Source: Paramoeba atlantica (Eukaryota; Protista; Discosea). From it: a stretch of 64,000 nucleotides of DNA. Of the stretch, positions 10,072-21,187 are shown one piece after another; within the stretch, counting starts at the first letter, position 1; every line of letters begins with the position of its first letter. Below the pieces are notes generated by a model. It ran no database searches and was not told where the DNA came from. It saw nothing but the letters and a program-made list of their open reading frames with translations. The translations under genes and the position numbers were made by a program. The stretch covers positions 1,054,001-1,118,000 of the forward strand of contig CDRNVI010000012.1 in the NCBI GenBank assembly GCA_977017575.1, given 5' to 3'.

Positions 10072-10152
10072 GTGATGAGTCTTACGCTTCTCAGGCAACC
10101 CTCTTCTGAGTAACCTGAAGAAAATGAGCACCGAACCCATATATGCACCTGA
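10072..10152 (+). ncRNA. Candidate box C/D snoRNA (copy 1)
   Basis: Box C GTGATGA 10072, D' CTGA 10106, C' TGAAGA 10116, D CTGA 10149; 81 nt. Homology with copy 2 stops 1 nt after box D. Confidence 0.5.
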
Positions 10153-10590
10153 AAGTCACTATCTTTGCTCTAAAATGCAGTTATACAAATTGGGTCTATG
10201 CTGCATTTTTCAATTCTATATATTTATTTTTTCTCCTACTCAAAATACTTGCTTGTTTTTCACCACAACCTGTGCAGTACCTTTCAAAATTATTTATCTT
10301 ATCGGTTCTTACGACCTTTGCGAAGTCGCGCCGCTTCAGAGATGAGATATTCCTGAACATTCATGCGTGATACTTCGCCGGTAACAACCGTAAAAGTAGT
10401 GGGAACGGTGTGGTGTGTGTACGCCACGAAAGTAGTACGCTTAGCGTACTCCCGGTACCACGTATGCACATTCCAAATCCCCTTGAGCCCGCTTGGGCCT
10501 TGACGAGGTGAAGAGAAACCATGCATTACACATCACTTTCCTTATTTTCATCAGTCCTTTCTGGACTTTCTTTATGTCCTTTCTTTTCTT

Positions 10591-10671
10591 GTGATGAGTC
10601 TTACGCTTCTCAGGCAACCCTCTTCTGAGTAACCTGAAGAAAATGAGCACCGAACCCAAATATGCACCTGA
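10591..10671 (+). ncRNA. Candidate box C/D snoRNA (copy 2)
   Basis: Same box layout, 81 nt, near-identical to copy 1. Confidence 0.5.
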
Positions 10672-11383
10672 ACATAACCGTCCTTTCCCCCTGAACGCAG
10701 TCGCATGAATTGGGGAATTCGGATTCTTTTACTTTTATAAACTTTTTCCGTTTCGTGTTACTTCAAAATATTATTTGTCTCATCGGTTCTTACGACCTTT
10801 GCGAAGTCACGCTGCTTCAGAGATGAAATATTCCTGAACTTCCGTGCGTGATACTTCGCCGGTAACAACCGTAAAAGTAGTGGGAACGGTGTGGCGTACT
10901 GTATACCACAAAAGCAGTACGTTCATCGTACTCCCGGTACCACGTATGCACATTCCAAATCCCCTTGAGCCTCTTGGGCCTTGACGAGGTGAAGAGAAAC
11001 CATGCATTACATATCTTCTATACAAACAAATAAATACATAAAATGTATTACAAACAGATAAGATTAATTAATGTTACGGTATGACAAATGTGAGTTTCGT
11101 TCTTTTCACTACAAGATGAATGCTTCGAAGTTACTGCAATTGTCATGCAAATTTTTAAAGCTTTTTTATAGAATAGCTTCGTCATATTAAGTCTATGTCG
11201 CTCTTCTAAGACAAAAAATTATGCACAACTTCTCTGTATGAACTCATAGGAGAATTTTATGCATGTACAATGTATGCAATTCGTTTTTATATCGTTAATC
11301 TCTGGAATGTCAGTTGAATGTTACAAAACGATTCAGTCAAGATACTGATGCTGCGGATTACAAATTCCATCTAGATCTCAACG

Positions 11384-11806
11384 ATGAGGACAAGGGCCGT
11401 ACAAAGTGAGATGTGGTTCAATGTGTTTTCGATGAGCATAGTTCTTGGAACATCTATTCTTTGGAAGTGGCTTAATGTAATTGACACTATTTATAACGAA
11501 ACTATAACTGGCAACAAGATTTTATGGATGTCACACGCATGCTGGGCAATTCTCCTTTTTTTAGGGATATACCATACATGGTATGATCTTCCATCTAATG
11601 CTACATTCAACACAGCTTCACATAACGGGACAATTATTTCCGAGACTAAATTCACGGCGTTCATTAAATTTTCTACGGCAATCTTTGTCACAGGCTGCAC
11701 ATGTTGGTGTTTAGCACTATGGCAACAGTACTCTGTATTTATATTTTTTCTAGGATTCTGGACAATTTTGAGCTTTTTACATTTATTGCCATATCTTTCA
11801 ATTTAG
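11384..11806 (+). CDS. Small multi-pass membrane protein, TMEM128-like
   Basis: Four hydrophobic segments and a TAIFV..C.CWCLALWQQY motif. Confidence 0.6.
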   Translation: MRTRAVQSEMWFNVFSMSIVLGTSILWKWLNVIDTIYNETITGNKILWMSHACWAILLFLGIYHTWYDLPSNATFNTASHNGTIISETKFTAFIKFSTAIFVTGCTCWCLALWQQYSVFIFFLGFWTILSFLHLLPYLSI

Positions 11807-12098
11807 TTGTCAAAAGTACGCAGAATTCGGTTGTCTCGAATGAAAGCCTCCTATTGGAATTCTGTCTTTCCTTGCTAAAGGGTATTGGAATTCAAGTTTT
11901 TTCCTATTCGAATGTGTTCTATGATTTATGGTGGTATTGGATGACATGGTATTAGACACGACATGGTATTAGACTCTCATGCGCTTTTGATTCTATTTTG
12001 ATTCCAATATTCGAATACTTTTTTATTTGCCAGGAAAGATCCTTAGGGGAGAGTACAAATTTAGGCGTCCTTCGTGTTTTCGATATTTTCCTTTCAAA

Positions 12099-12746
12099 AT
12101 GTTTACTTGTTCTCTCCTGCATTTTTGTGGCAAAGATTGTGCGGCTCCATCGAGGGGTCACAAAGTAAGAGCTAATCTTTTTCCAGCAGAACACAGTCTT
12201 GCTTTGTTTGTTTGTGATATTGAAGACCCTGATGAAAGCTGGGTGGGCTATAATGCCGCGTGTGACTGGTTCGGAGTTACCGTTAACCAGGCAAGATTTG
12301 TTACAGAAATTCGCTGGAGTGGTATGGGACTACAGGGTACGTTACAATGGAAGCACCTTCCCGCAACCGTTGAAGTCTTGGAAATAGGGGCTGGTTTTCG
12401 CGATCATTTGTTTCGACAGAACCATTTACAAGGTACACTCGATTTCTCGCTTTTGCCTCCATGTTTGGTCTGGTTCTCTGCTACGGCTAACGACTTCTCA
12501 GGTACCTTAGATTTTACTCAGCTACCCCCATCTTTGCGCCACCTAGGACTACATGGAAATCAATTTAACGGCGAGGTGGATCTAACTAATTTGCCCCCCA
12601 ATATTGAACATATATTTATTGGCAAAAATCTTTTTTCTGGGCGTCTTGATTTTTCGAAGTTGCCGAGAGGCCTGAAGCGGCTTGAAATTAACAAATACCG
12701 TATCACCTACTCGGGTAAATTGCCAGATTGTGTTTTCTTCGATTAA
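12099..12746 (+). CDS. Short LRR protein (copy 3)
   Basis: First ATG at 12099. SRGHKVRANLFPAEHSL, AACDWFGV, LRR repeats. Confidence 0.9.
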   Translation: MFTCSLLHFCGKDCAAPSRGHKVRANLFPAEHSLALFVCDIEDPDESWVGYNAACDWFGVTVNQARFVTEIRWSGMGLQGTLQWKHLPATVEVLEIGAGFRDHLFRQNHLQGTLDFSLLPPCLVWFSATANDFSGTLDFTQLPPSLRHLGLHGNQFNGEVDLTNLPPNIEHIFIGKNLFSGRLDFSKLPRGLKRLEINKYRITYSGKLPDCVFFD

Positions 12747-13172
12747 ACGGTTCCGAAATCCGAGTATTGATGTGAAGCATCTAAGTCATGTTTCGTTTCT
12801 TTTATTATCGGACTTATAAAATAGGAACTTAATTAGTAGTAGGAACTGTAGCTTGGTACTGTACTAATAGGATACAGCCAATTGTTCATTTTTCATATGG
12901 TTTAATTTTTAAAAAAGATATATTGTACTTAACACACGTCAATGTGTTCTTTGTAGATCCTTTTAAGAAATATGATATGATTACTCTCATAACGAAACGT
13001 ACAGTGCAGTATTGTACGTAGGTGTAGCGTAGCAGGCGGAATCTTGTCTTTTACACCAAAAAACCGAATTTTAAAAACTAGAATTAAATAATGTTGAATT
13101 AATGGAAGACTAGAATCTTGCAATATCGAGCTAGTAAATTTTTGAACTATACTTGTTCTTGTTTGACATAGC

Positions 13173-13946
13173 ATGCAGTGTGCTGACGTGCCGGTTCGAG
13201 CAGCGAAAGTTCGGGGTGGCACTCTTCCCCCCGAGTTGGAGCTCAGCCGATTCTTGGGCGATGTGCATAACCTGCGTTCTTCCTGGTCTGTGGAGACTCC
13301 GATTCACAAATGGGAAGGAGTGCGGTGCAATGAAGAAGGGAACGTTGAGGAGATCTCGTGGCCTACATTTGCTCTTCGCGGAACGATTCATCAATGGAGT
13401 TATCTTCCCTCTACGCTTCGTGTACTGTGTCTTGGGCCAATGCTGGGCACGGGCAATGAATTGGAGGGCAAACTAATCACCGAGGATTTGCCTCGCCAAG
13501 TTAAACGTCTTGTGCTTAGCAACAATAATTTCACCGGACCGGTAAATTTTGAAGCTATTCCAGCCGATGTGGTGAAATTCGATCTTTTTGGCAACAGCTT
13601 CTCAGGTGAGGTCATCTTTAATAATCTTCCTTCCCGTCTGGAGTACTTTGATTTGGGAAGAAACGAGTTCAGCGGGAAAGTTTGCATGGCGAACCTGCCT
13701 CATTCTCTCACCGTAATGGATCTTTCAAGAAACGATTTTAGTGGAACCCTGGAGATGACATCATTATGCCCAAAGATAAAAGTTCTCTATTTAAACCACA
13801 ATAGATTCACTGGAATCGTCGATCTGTCAAAGTTGCCTTCCACTCTTGTAATTCTTCAGCTGTTCGGCAATTCAATTCAAGTGTCCGACACGTACGTTCT
13901 TCCCGGATGTGTTAAATTGGGAGATCCCAATCCAATGGTAAAATAG
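13173..13946 (+). CDS. Short LRR protein (copy 4)
   Basis: VRAAKVRGGTLPPELEL, TPIHKWEGVRC, about 6 LRRs. Confidence 0.92.
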   Translation: MQCADVPVRAAKVRGGTLPPELELSRFLGDVHNLRSSWSVETPIHKWEGVRCNEEGNVEEISWPTFALRGTIHQWSYLPSTLRVLCLGPMLGTGNELEGKLITEDLPRQVKRLVLSNNNFTGPVNFEAIPADVVKFDLFGNSFSGEVIFNNLPSRLEYFDLGRNEFSGKVCMANLPHSLTVMDLSRNDFSGTLEMTSLCPKIKVLYLNHNRFTGIVDLSKLPSTLVILQLFGNSIQVSDTYVLPGCVKLGDPNPMVK

Positions 13947-14199
13947 ACTTTGTCGGTCTAGGTCATAATGCACTAGGTCATAGTTTATGGCAATGTGTAA
14001 CCTTATACAGATAAGTTGTAGATACTGTAAATTAGCTACAAGGGTGGGCAAACATGGGGGGTCAAAATCTGTAAAACAAAATATCCAATTTTGGAGGGTA
14101 TACCGCATTGGAAAGCTCTCGCAAAGTTACATACCGTCCAACCATGCGTTTCCCGCAGGTATAGGGGCTCTCACCACCTTTTGTCGAAGGGACTAAAAC

Positions 14200-14714
14200 T
14201 GAGAACTTCAACCCATGCCAAATAAAATGACGTTTTACTTGAATGCTGTTCCCGCTTAGTTCCGAAAATGTGCAACTCAATGTATTGAAGTTTATGTGTC
14301 TGAGCACCTTTGCCATTGCGTGGGTCTCGTTATTCACGTTAACGAGCAAGTGGCTTGTACCTTGATAAATAAACTCCAATATCTTGATCTCTCCACGTGC
14401 ACTAGACAGAGCGCTGCTGAAAAATCCTTGCTTTTCTGAGAAAAGTTTTCTCGACGTGCTGAGATTATGCGAGAGATCCGTTTCCATGTCCAAGTCGAGT
14501 TTGCTTGGCCCAATCCTAAGCATGCGAAGAACTCATCAGCATTCTAAACAAGCTCTTTTTGACACCCATACTTGTAGCGTTCCAGCTGAGCAAAAAATAC
14601 ATCCCAAGCTTGTACAACTTTCTTTGGCGTGACGGTGCGATCACTGGCTGCATGGCGTGCGCTGATGTTGTTTTGTTTCATCCAATCTTTAGCCCATGAC
14701 AATGAAAATTTCAT
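14200..14714 (-). pseudogene. pogo/Tigger-like (Tc5-HTH + DDE_1) transposase relic
   Basis: MKFSLSWAKDWMKQNNISAR...ELV*NADEFF...STWTWKR, then after a frameshift KQGFFSSALSSARGEIKILEFIYQGT. Confidence 0.7.
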
Positions 14715-15135
14715 CGTTCCACCGCCCAGAGACGTAGAATTTGGCGAAAGGCCCTCTTTAATACCCTAGCGTCTACAGGTGGGTTATATTGCACCCATTT
14801 CTAAAAAAACGAAAAAAGCGTGACCATGCATTTTCAGACATAATTAAATTTCATCTTTTATCACAAAACTTTCTTTTCTGTCGGATTTCCGAACACCAAA
14901 CCTCCTTAGGACTTCACTGTGTGACGTCACTTCTGTCACAAGAAATGTCTGAAAATATTAAAAATAGACCGTATCTTCAACATACATCTCAGCACTCCTT
15001 CCTTCACACTTTTTTCACGGATTCATGAAACGCTGGATCAAGTTCCATGTTTCTTTGTCTTCTGCCTCCGTTGCTGTTTCTTCCACCTCTTCCATGCACA
15101 TTGTTCCTCTTCCTCTGTTTCACTTTCAAGGTCCT

Positions 15136-15540
15136 TCATCCATATTCGGCAAGCTTTTCCCAAGTTTTGGACACAGAAGTAATGATTGTAGATGTTCTTT
15201 TTTGACGACTTTTTTGATCCAAAGCGTATACAGGGCAATGCATTTCTCTGCTTCTCTCGGTTTCATAGACAACCTTCCTTTCCTTCGGACTGAACGCTTC
15301 TGCATGATTTGTGCGCACCCGCTCCGCTGTGACAAACCGGTATTTTCCGCTTCTGGAATGGTTCACAGTTCGATGTTGCACTGTATCACCCAGGCCTCTA
15401 TAGGCACGCCATCCATCGGTGTACACTACTGTTCTTTTTCCTCAGCAAAGGGTATTTCTTCACAGGGTTCTGCAGCGTTACGGCGTCCCTTGTCGCCCGT
15501 AGTACCACATTTTTGTACTAATTTTCACCGCTGTGGAATC
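15136..15540 (-). pseudogene. Merlin/IS1595-family transposase relic
   Basis: RDAVTLQNPVKKY (frameshift) VYTDGWRAYRGL...HRTVNHS...FV...RTNHAEAF. Confidence 0.8.
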
Positions 15541-16226
15541 TCTCCTGCAATTTGCTGTACGCTATTGGAACTCTCCGGCAATGTATTGCGCGCTTTTGAA
15601 ATGATCAGTGCACCAGCGTGCGGCACCGCCTAAATGTGGGGCGGGTAGGTGCTAACTGTATGTACATCTATAGCGCATTCTATAGCGCATATAAATTCCA
15701 GACCCCTGTTGTTCTTAAAAGTTCGTTTTTTCCTGCAATTGATTCGGCGCTCGCAAAGAAATCCACCTACCCCAGGGTGTGGTCATTCGCGGGTATACAA
15801 TATGCGAGCACACAAACGCAAACATACGAAAAGAAATAAAACAACAGAAACAGCCCGTGCATAACCCCGCGCCGCTTCGCCGCCTGAAACTTTTTGACCT
15901 CTTTTTTTGACGCGGCTACATATGCGCATTTTTGGGCCGAAACCACGTTGCGTTTCGAGTAACTGTGCGAGAGGTCTCCAATACGGTGCCACTTTCCAAA
16001 ATTGGACAATTTTTACAAATTTTGATCCCCCCATATTTTCGCCCCTACTCCTGTATGTTATTGAATATTCACGAAGCATGTTTCTCTCATTCAGTATATA
16101 TTTTTTACATCCCTACGTAACATCTTCTTTTGCGAATAAGTTGATACTTGTAAAAGAATTAATATTTGAACAAGTGGAAGTTATGCAATACTGATTTTTT
16201 TGTCCACTCAACACGAGAATGAGATA

Positions 16227-17168
16227 ATGTCACCGCGCCGGTCATTCACTGGGCGATACATGGACATTATGGAGGCATTACGGCGCTTGGAGAGCGCTCA
16301 ACCAAAACTCATTGAGGTAGGGCGTCCAACTCCGCAACTTGTGGTTTCGTTTGGTGGATCGGGAGCACTGGTAACCTATAGCCTGGGTGTGGCCCAGTGG
16401 CTGTTGGAGAACAGAGGCGATTTACTAAATCAGTGGTACTTTGTGGGTTCTGGCACCGGAGTGCTCCCCGCCGTTGCCCTTCCTTTAGCCGTGCAGAAAA
16501 AAGAGCCTCACTTGTTACGCGAGATATCCAAGTACGTCGTACAGCAGGCTCCACGTCACGTCTTTGATGAGGATCTTCGCCGTAAGTATATTCTGGACGG
16601 CCTGCGAAAATTTGTTCCAGAGGATGCTCATTGCGTACTTGAGGGGCGGGTGTGTCTATTTGCTCACATTAACTTCGAATTTATCATTGGACGTACCCAC
16701 GAGGATCTTCCAAACTCTTCTATTTTGTACGGGAATCCGTTAATTAAGTGGGACTCATCTGCGGAGTTATCGCAATGTATGGATGCCGCCATGGTGCCTT
16801 ACAGAACGCACTCTATAGATTTTAGAGGTATACCACTTCTCTCGGCGACCAAATATTCTCTTTCCTCGGAGGTGAGTTCTCATTTGCGCCACGTTTATGT
16901 ACACGGATATGCCGGGAATGCCATTCGTACATCTCATACTCGGCACAATTATGTATTTGGTCGTCATGGTACTCTGGCGAATACATCCGTTTCTTTCAGA
17001 AGACAATTTTGGGCAAATTGCTTTCCTGGATGGTCAAAACAGGTCCTAGAATCTTCGTATCACGCGGGTTATCGCGACGCTTCAAGGTATCATCGATGGG
17101 AGGAGGACCCTTACTATCGTGCAAGAGGGTTGTCGGAGGTTGAGTTCGCGGAAGCCATCAAAAATTGA
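16227..17168 (+). CDS. Patatin/PNPLA-like protein, probably catalytically degenerate
   Basis: SFGGSGALVTYSLGVAQWL Gly-rich motif. The GxSxG position reads GSGTG and no DGG motif is seen. First ATG at 16227. Confidence 0.65.
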   Translation: MSPRRSFTGRYMDIMEALRRLESAQPKLIEVGRPTPQLVVSFGGSGALVTYSLGVAQWLLENRGDLLNQWYFVGSGTGVLPAVALPLAVQKKEPHLLREISKYVVQQAPRHVFDEDLRRKYILDGLRKFVPEDAHCVLEGRVCLFAHINFEFIIGRTHEDLPNSSILYGNPLIKWDSSAELSQCMDAAMVPYRTHSIDFRGIPLLSATKYSLSSEVSSHLRHVYVHGYAGNAIRTSHTRHNYVFGRHGTLANTSVSFRRQFWANCFPGWSKQVLESSYHAGYRDASRYHRWEEDPYYRARGLSEVEFAEAIKN

Positions 17169-17334
17169 AATACACCAATGCTCTACCTGCCTACACATCT
17201 TTGTAATAACCTGAACATCTTACTTCTTCTGTAAAGTTTTTGATTTCTTCGTACTGCTTTTTTCTTTCAGTTACACTTCGTATATTACTTCGTAGTGTTT
17301 TCTCTTGATTCTGCTCTCTTTGCACCTGATCTGA

Positions 17335-19536
17335 ATGAACGCTGTAGAATCTCTACTCGCCAAGCTCGGCTTGGATCGCTACAACTCGAATTTCCGCCGC
17401 GGTCAAGTCGATCGCGTTGCCACGCTCCGTTCCATGAGCGACGGGGAACTCACTCGTCTCGTTCCCCACGCCTCCGACCGCTCCACCCTTCAACGCGCGT
17501 TGCACCGCACCCCCACCCCGACCACCACACGAAAGCCCAAAGACGACAAGAAACACGGCACTGGACCCCTACTCCGTACCTTCCCCAGCCATGAGTCCAA
17601 CCCTCCCTCAAGCACTCGTCCCTCCGATCCCACCAAAGGCTCTCGCAACCGTTCTTCCCGAAATCCTCCATCTCAAAACACCCATGGCCGCAGTAGCAAC
17701 AACCACCCCTCCTCTTCCTCCTCCTCCCCCACCCTCCCACCTGTGTGTCGTGCCTTCCACACCCCCACCGGGTGTCCCCGAGGAACACGTTGTCCGTACC
17801 GACACAGTGATTCTCCTATCCCCAACAACAACAACGATCTCCCCATCTCTTCTTCTTCTTCCCCTACGACTACCCCCACTACCCGTGCTGCCCCGGTGTG
17901 TCGTAACTTCAACTCCCCACACGGGTGCGTCTCCGGCCAAGGGTGTCGGTACCGTCACGTGGTGTTACGACAGGGGGAGAAGACGAAGGCGGAGAACGGC
18001 AGTAGCAGCAGTACCCCCACAACAGCAGCAATAGCCCATGAGGAGAACCCCAAGAAGAGCCACAGCCGTCCCGCCGGGGTGTGTCATAACTTTAACAGCC
18101 CGGAGGGGTGTGGCCGAGGGGAGGGGTGTCGGTATTTTCACATGAGCTATGAGGAGGCGCAGAAGGTGTTGCCGGGACCTGGGGAGGTTGCCGCGGGGAT
18201 GGCCACGACGGCAGTGATGACCCCGGGGAGTGAGGGGACGGGGGAGGGTGGTGTCGTCCCTCCACGGTTTCCTCCACGGTGGAGTCCACGGGAGGGGGAT
18301 GCGGAGATTACGGTGACGATTCCCGCGTACAAGGTGAAGCTGTTGTTGGGGAATGGAGCCGCCGCGTTGGTGGGGATTAACAAACGGCATAATGTGGTGA
18401 ATAGTGAGATTCCTCACCCGGAGGATTTTACGTCCAACATTTCCTTCTCGTTGTATGGGGCGTTGGAGTCGTTGGAGGCGGCGAAGGAGGAGGTGCAGCA
18501 TTTGGTGGGAATCACTAAGGAGAAGGAGGCACAGAATCGGCTGGATTATCTTCTGCACCAGTCCCAGCGTAATGTGCACACGATGGAAATTTTGGGTGTC
18601 GCGAATGTGCGCCACCAAGGTACAGAACGTGAGCTCCCGGAGCCCATTCTGCGTCAAATCGCCAGTAAGTTTTCCTACCGCTCCCCAGAGCTCCATGTCA
18701 AGGAGTATTTCATTGTCGTCGACGCCATGGACAACAAACGTATCCAGCTTCTGGACGTCATTCTCAGTTATATGGAGAACCGTGTCCAAAGTGTGGTATT
18801 CTGTGCAGCAGAGAAGATTGACACCGTGACAGCACTCAGCGAGCGAACTGCGGGGATTGCCCCGTTTGGGGGTTTCACCACTCCCACCTCCCTGAAACCA
18901 CCCTCGGGCCAGAGTGATGGTGTGGAGAGTAAGATCCACCGCATGACGCAGCTGGAGAAATTTAAGCTCGGGGTCGATACGGCATCACCAGTAGGGGGTC
19001 AGGGATCCGCGGGTGTGGTAGCGCAACGTCTGCTCGTCACCACAGATGACTACGCCCGGTACGCTCGTACTCACACGGTGCCCTATGTTAATCTTGTGCT
19101 CCATTACAATTTCCCTGCCAACAAGGAGGCGTACCTTCTGCGACGCCGGCTACTCGGTCGTGGGCTCGAGACTCGGGGCTGCAGTATTCTATTTGTGTAT
19201 GAACGGGAGCAGTACAAAATTAAACAGCTCCAGGGTTGTGCGACTCTGGAAGAGTTGAAGCTGGAGAACCTTCCGGAGCAAATGATGAACATTGCCGAGG
19301 CGCTTTCGGTGGAGACAAAGGGGAGTCCGTACGTGCAGTATTCTCAAGTAGAGCCGATGGGGATGAACTGGAAAGAGGATATCTACCGGAGGGAAGAGGA
19401 GAAGGCCGCGGCGCGTGTAGCGAAGGAAAAGGCCAAAGAGGAGGAAAAACTAGCAAAGGAGAAAGAGAAACAGGAAAGAGAACGCGAACGGCAAGAAAAG
19501 GAGCTCGAAAAAGTTGCACAACCTGTACAAGCTTAG
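17335..19536 (+). CDS. SAM + 3xCCCH + KH + degenerate helicase-C RNA-binding protein (ZC3H41-like architecture)
   Basis: N-terminal SAM-like helices, three C-x8-C-x5-C-x3-H fingers, KH-like IPAYKVKLLLGNGA, helicase-C-like LLVTTDDYARY / VLHYNFP. Confidence 0.75.
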   Translation: MNAVESLLAKLGLDRYNSNFRRGQVDRVATLRSMSDGELTRLVPHASDRSTLQRALHRTPTPTTTRKPKDDKKHGTGPLLRTFPSHESNPPSSTRPSDPTKGSRNRSSRNPPSQNTHGRSSNNHPSSSSSSPTLPPVCRAFHTPTGCPRGTRCPYRHSDSPIPNNNNDLPISSSSSPTTTPTTRAAPVCRNFNSPHGCVSGQGCRYRHVVLRQGEKTKAENGSSSSTPTTAAIAHEENPKKSHSRPAGVCHNFNSPEGCGRGEGCRYFHMSYEEAQKVLPGPGEVAAGMATTAVMTPGSEGTGEGGVVPPRFPPRWSPREGDAEITVTIPAYKVKLLLGNGAAALVGINKRHNVVNSEIPHPEDFTSNISFSLYGALESLEAAKEEVQHLVGITKEKEAQNRLDYLLHQSQRNVHTMEILGVANVRHQGTERELPEPILRQIASKFSYRSPELHVKEYFIVVDAMDNKRIQLLDVILSYMENRVQSVVFCAAEKIDTVTALSERTAGIAPFGGFTTPTSLKPPSGQSDGVESKIHRMTQLEKFKLGVDTASPVGGQGSAGVVAQRLLVTTDDYARYARTHTVPYVNLVLHYNFPANKEAYLLRRRLLGRGLETRGCSILFVYEREQYKIKQLQGCATLEELKLENLPEQMMNIAEALSVETKGSPYVQYSQVEPMGMNWKEDIYRREEEKAAARVAKEKAKEEEKLAKEKEKQERERERQEKELEKVAQPVQA

Positions 19537-20074
19537 ATTCTGTTTTACAAGTTCTCATGATTCAGGAAACAATTTTACGCTGATAGCCATTTTCGCTTTT
19601 GCTATGTATTACATTTTTCGAGATTTATTATGGGTACATACTTGCAGCAAAATTATTCAGAAAAGGGGAACTCCTGTTGTGTGTAAATCAATGTATGAGC
19701 GCATGCGTCGTTTCCTGTAACATTAAATTGCGAACGATTGGAATTTTTACTTTAACCGACTATTTCTCATCGCCTCTGTATTCAAACAAGATGCATACTG
19801 GATAGTATAGAACGTCATATTTTTAACCTTGCTGGTGCTCACTGACACTATTGTGAGGACTGCACAGGGTATACTTGATAAGATATTTTACAAGGAATGG
19901 GAGCGCTTTTGTCTACCACACTACGTGCTAAGCAGCATTCAGTATGAGAAAAGCATATTCCAGCTTAATTTACATTGGCAATTCAACGCCACTACACCCT
20001 CTTTCTCCTTGATTTCTCAAACAACCATTTTTCTTCAAAAGCATTATTTTTTTCTATTTCATCGTTCTTATACC

Positions 20075-20779
20075 ATGGTACGCCACAACAACCGCATCGT
20101 TAAAAACCACTTCCGGTACCACTGGCACCCGGAGGCGAGTCAGAAAGGTCACGTCAAAGTCCTCCTCGGCCAAGCCAAGGCAGCGCAACGACGTCGGGAG
20201 CAGCGCAAGAAAAAAGCCCTCGCCGTCTTCCCCCGACCCGTTAGCGGTCCGCTGCGTCCCGTGACCCGCTGTGAGACCATTCGGTACAACATGAAACGTC
20301 GTCTCGGTCGTGGCTTCACCAAGGAGGAGCTTAAAGCGGTTGGGCTTTGCCCGGCCTACGCGCGCACCATTGGGGTATCCGTCGACCACCGCCGGGTGAA
20401 TAAAAGCGAGGAGGGGTTACAGGAGAATATTACCCGGCTGAAGGAGTACCTCTCCCGGCTCGTGGTCCTCCCCCGCAAGGCACGTAAGGTGCCAAAGAGC
20501 AAACAGGCGGCGGAGGGCAAGACGAAGGGAGGGAAAGGGGAGATGGTGGATCTTACCCAGGTCGCACAGGACCGTACCCGGAAGAGTCCTCTCCTGCTTG
20601 AGACGCAGACAGTGCCGCGGGAGGCCCCTCGGGAGCTTACGGAGCAGGAGAAGAAGAGGCACATCTTCCAGTTTCTACGTAAGAGCTACCGAGATGAGTA
20701 CCTTGTGGGTGTGCGTGAGGCTCGTGCGAAGGCGAAGGAGGAGAAGGCGGCGGAGGAGGCTGCAGGGAAGAAGAAGTAA
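20075..20779 (+). CDS. RPL13: 60S ribosomal protein eL13
   Basis: MVRHNNRIVKNHF, RPVSGPLRPV.RC.TIRYNMKRRLGRGFT.EELK, IGVSVDHRRVNKS.EGLQ.N. Confidence 0.96.
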   Translation: MVRHNNRIVKNHFRYHWHPEASQKGHVKVLLGQAKAAQRRREQRKKKALAVFPRPVSGPLRPVTRCETIRYNMKRRLGRGFTKEELKAVGLCPAYARTIGVSVDHRRVNKSEEGLQENITRLKEYLSRLVVLPRKARKVPKSKQAAEGKTKGGKGEMVDLTQVAQDRTRKSPLLLETQTVPREAPRELTEQEKKRHIFQFLRKSYRDEYLVGVREARAKAKEEKAAEEAAGKKK

Positions 20780-21187
20780 AGTTGGGTGTAAGGAAAGCGT
20801 GGTAATGTGGAAAGATGATGGGAAGTGAGTTTCGTGTTGTGTAAAACATGTTTTAATACATTCATTTATTCAATTTTGGTATGAATTGAATGCCGAGATA
20901 TGAAAATTTGTTTACTTTGACTAAATAAAATGGACTATTTTACAAAAACTAAACGTGTTTTCTTCTATTTTCACCACTGGATCAGCTCATGAAACCGGGC
21001 CTTGGTCTAAATGCATCCGATTCCTCGTTTTGAGCGAGACCTAGAAATGCTGCTTATGGATGTTGCTGTTGCACGATGGTAATAGTGGGTCGGATATTGT
21101 AGATGGGGGCTCTTGCTCCTATTTAGACGCGTCTTATCATCGCACCAATCGCCTCGATTTCAGTACACAGTATATTTGGTCACATTC

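Larger units (their letters stand above)
9781..11011. repeat. Three tandem copies of a 230-370-bp block with unique spacers
   Basis: Copies at 9781-10153, 10301-10672 and 10781-11011 (truncated). A partial fragment lies at ~9535-9557. Confidence 0.9.
14039..16053 (-). mobile_element. Decayed ~2.0-kb TA-flanked pogo/Tc1-mariner-type element with ~90-bp imperfect TIRs
   Basis: 14039-14130 is an imperfect inverted repeat of 15959-16053. Termini read CAAGGGT / CAGGAGT, with TA at 14037-38 and 16054-55. The element contains a pogo-like relic. Confidence 0.6.

Noticed and set aside
9777-11025. Minus-strand 72-107-aa ORFs repeated in the tandem block
   Set aside because: Conserved only because the DNA is duplicated. 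Copy 3 is frameshifted, they are antisense to the gene cluster, and no family is recognisable.
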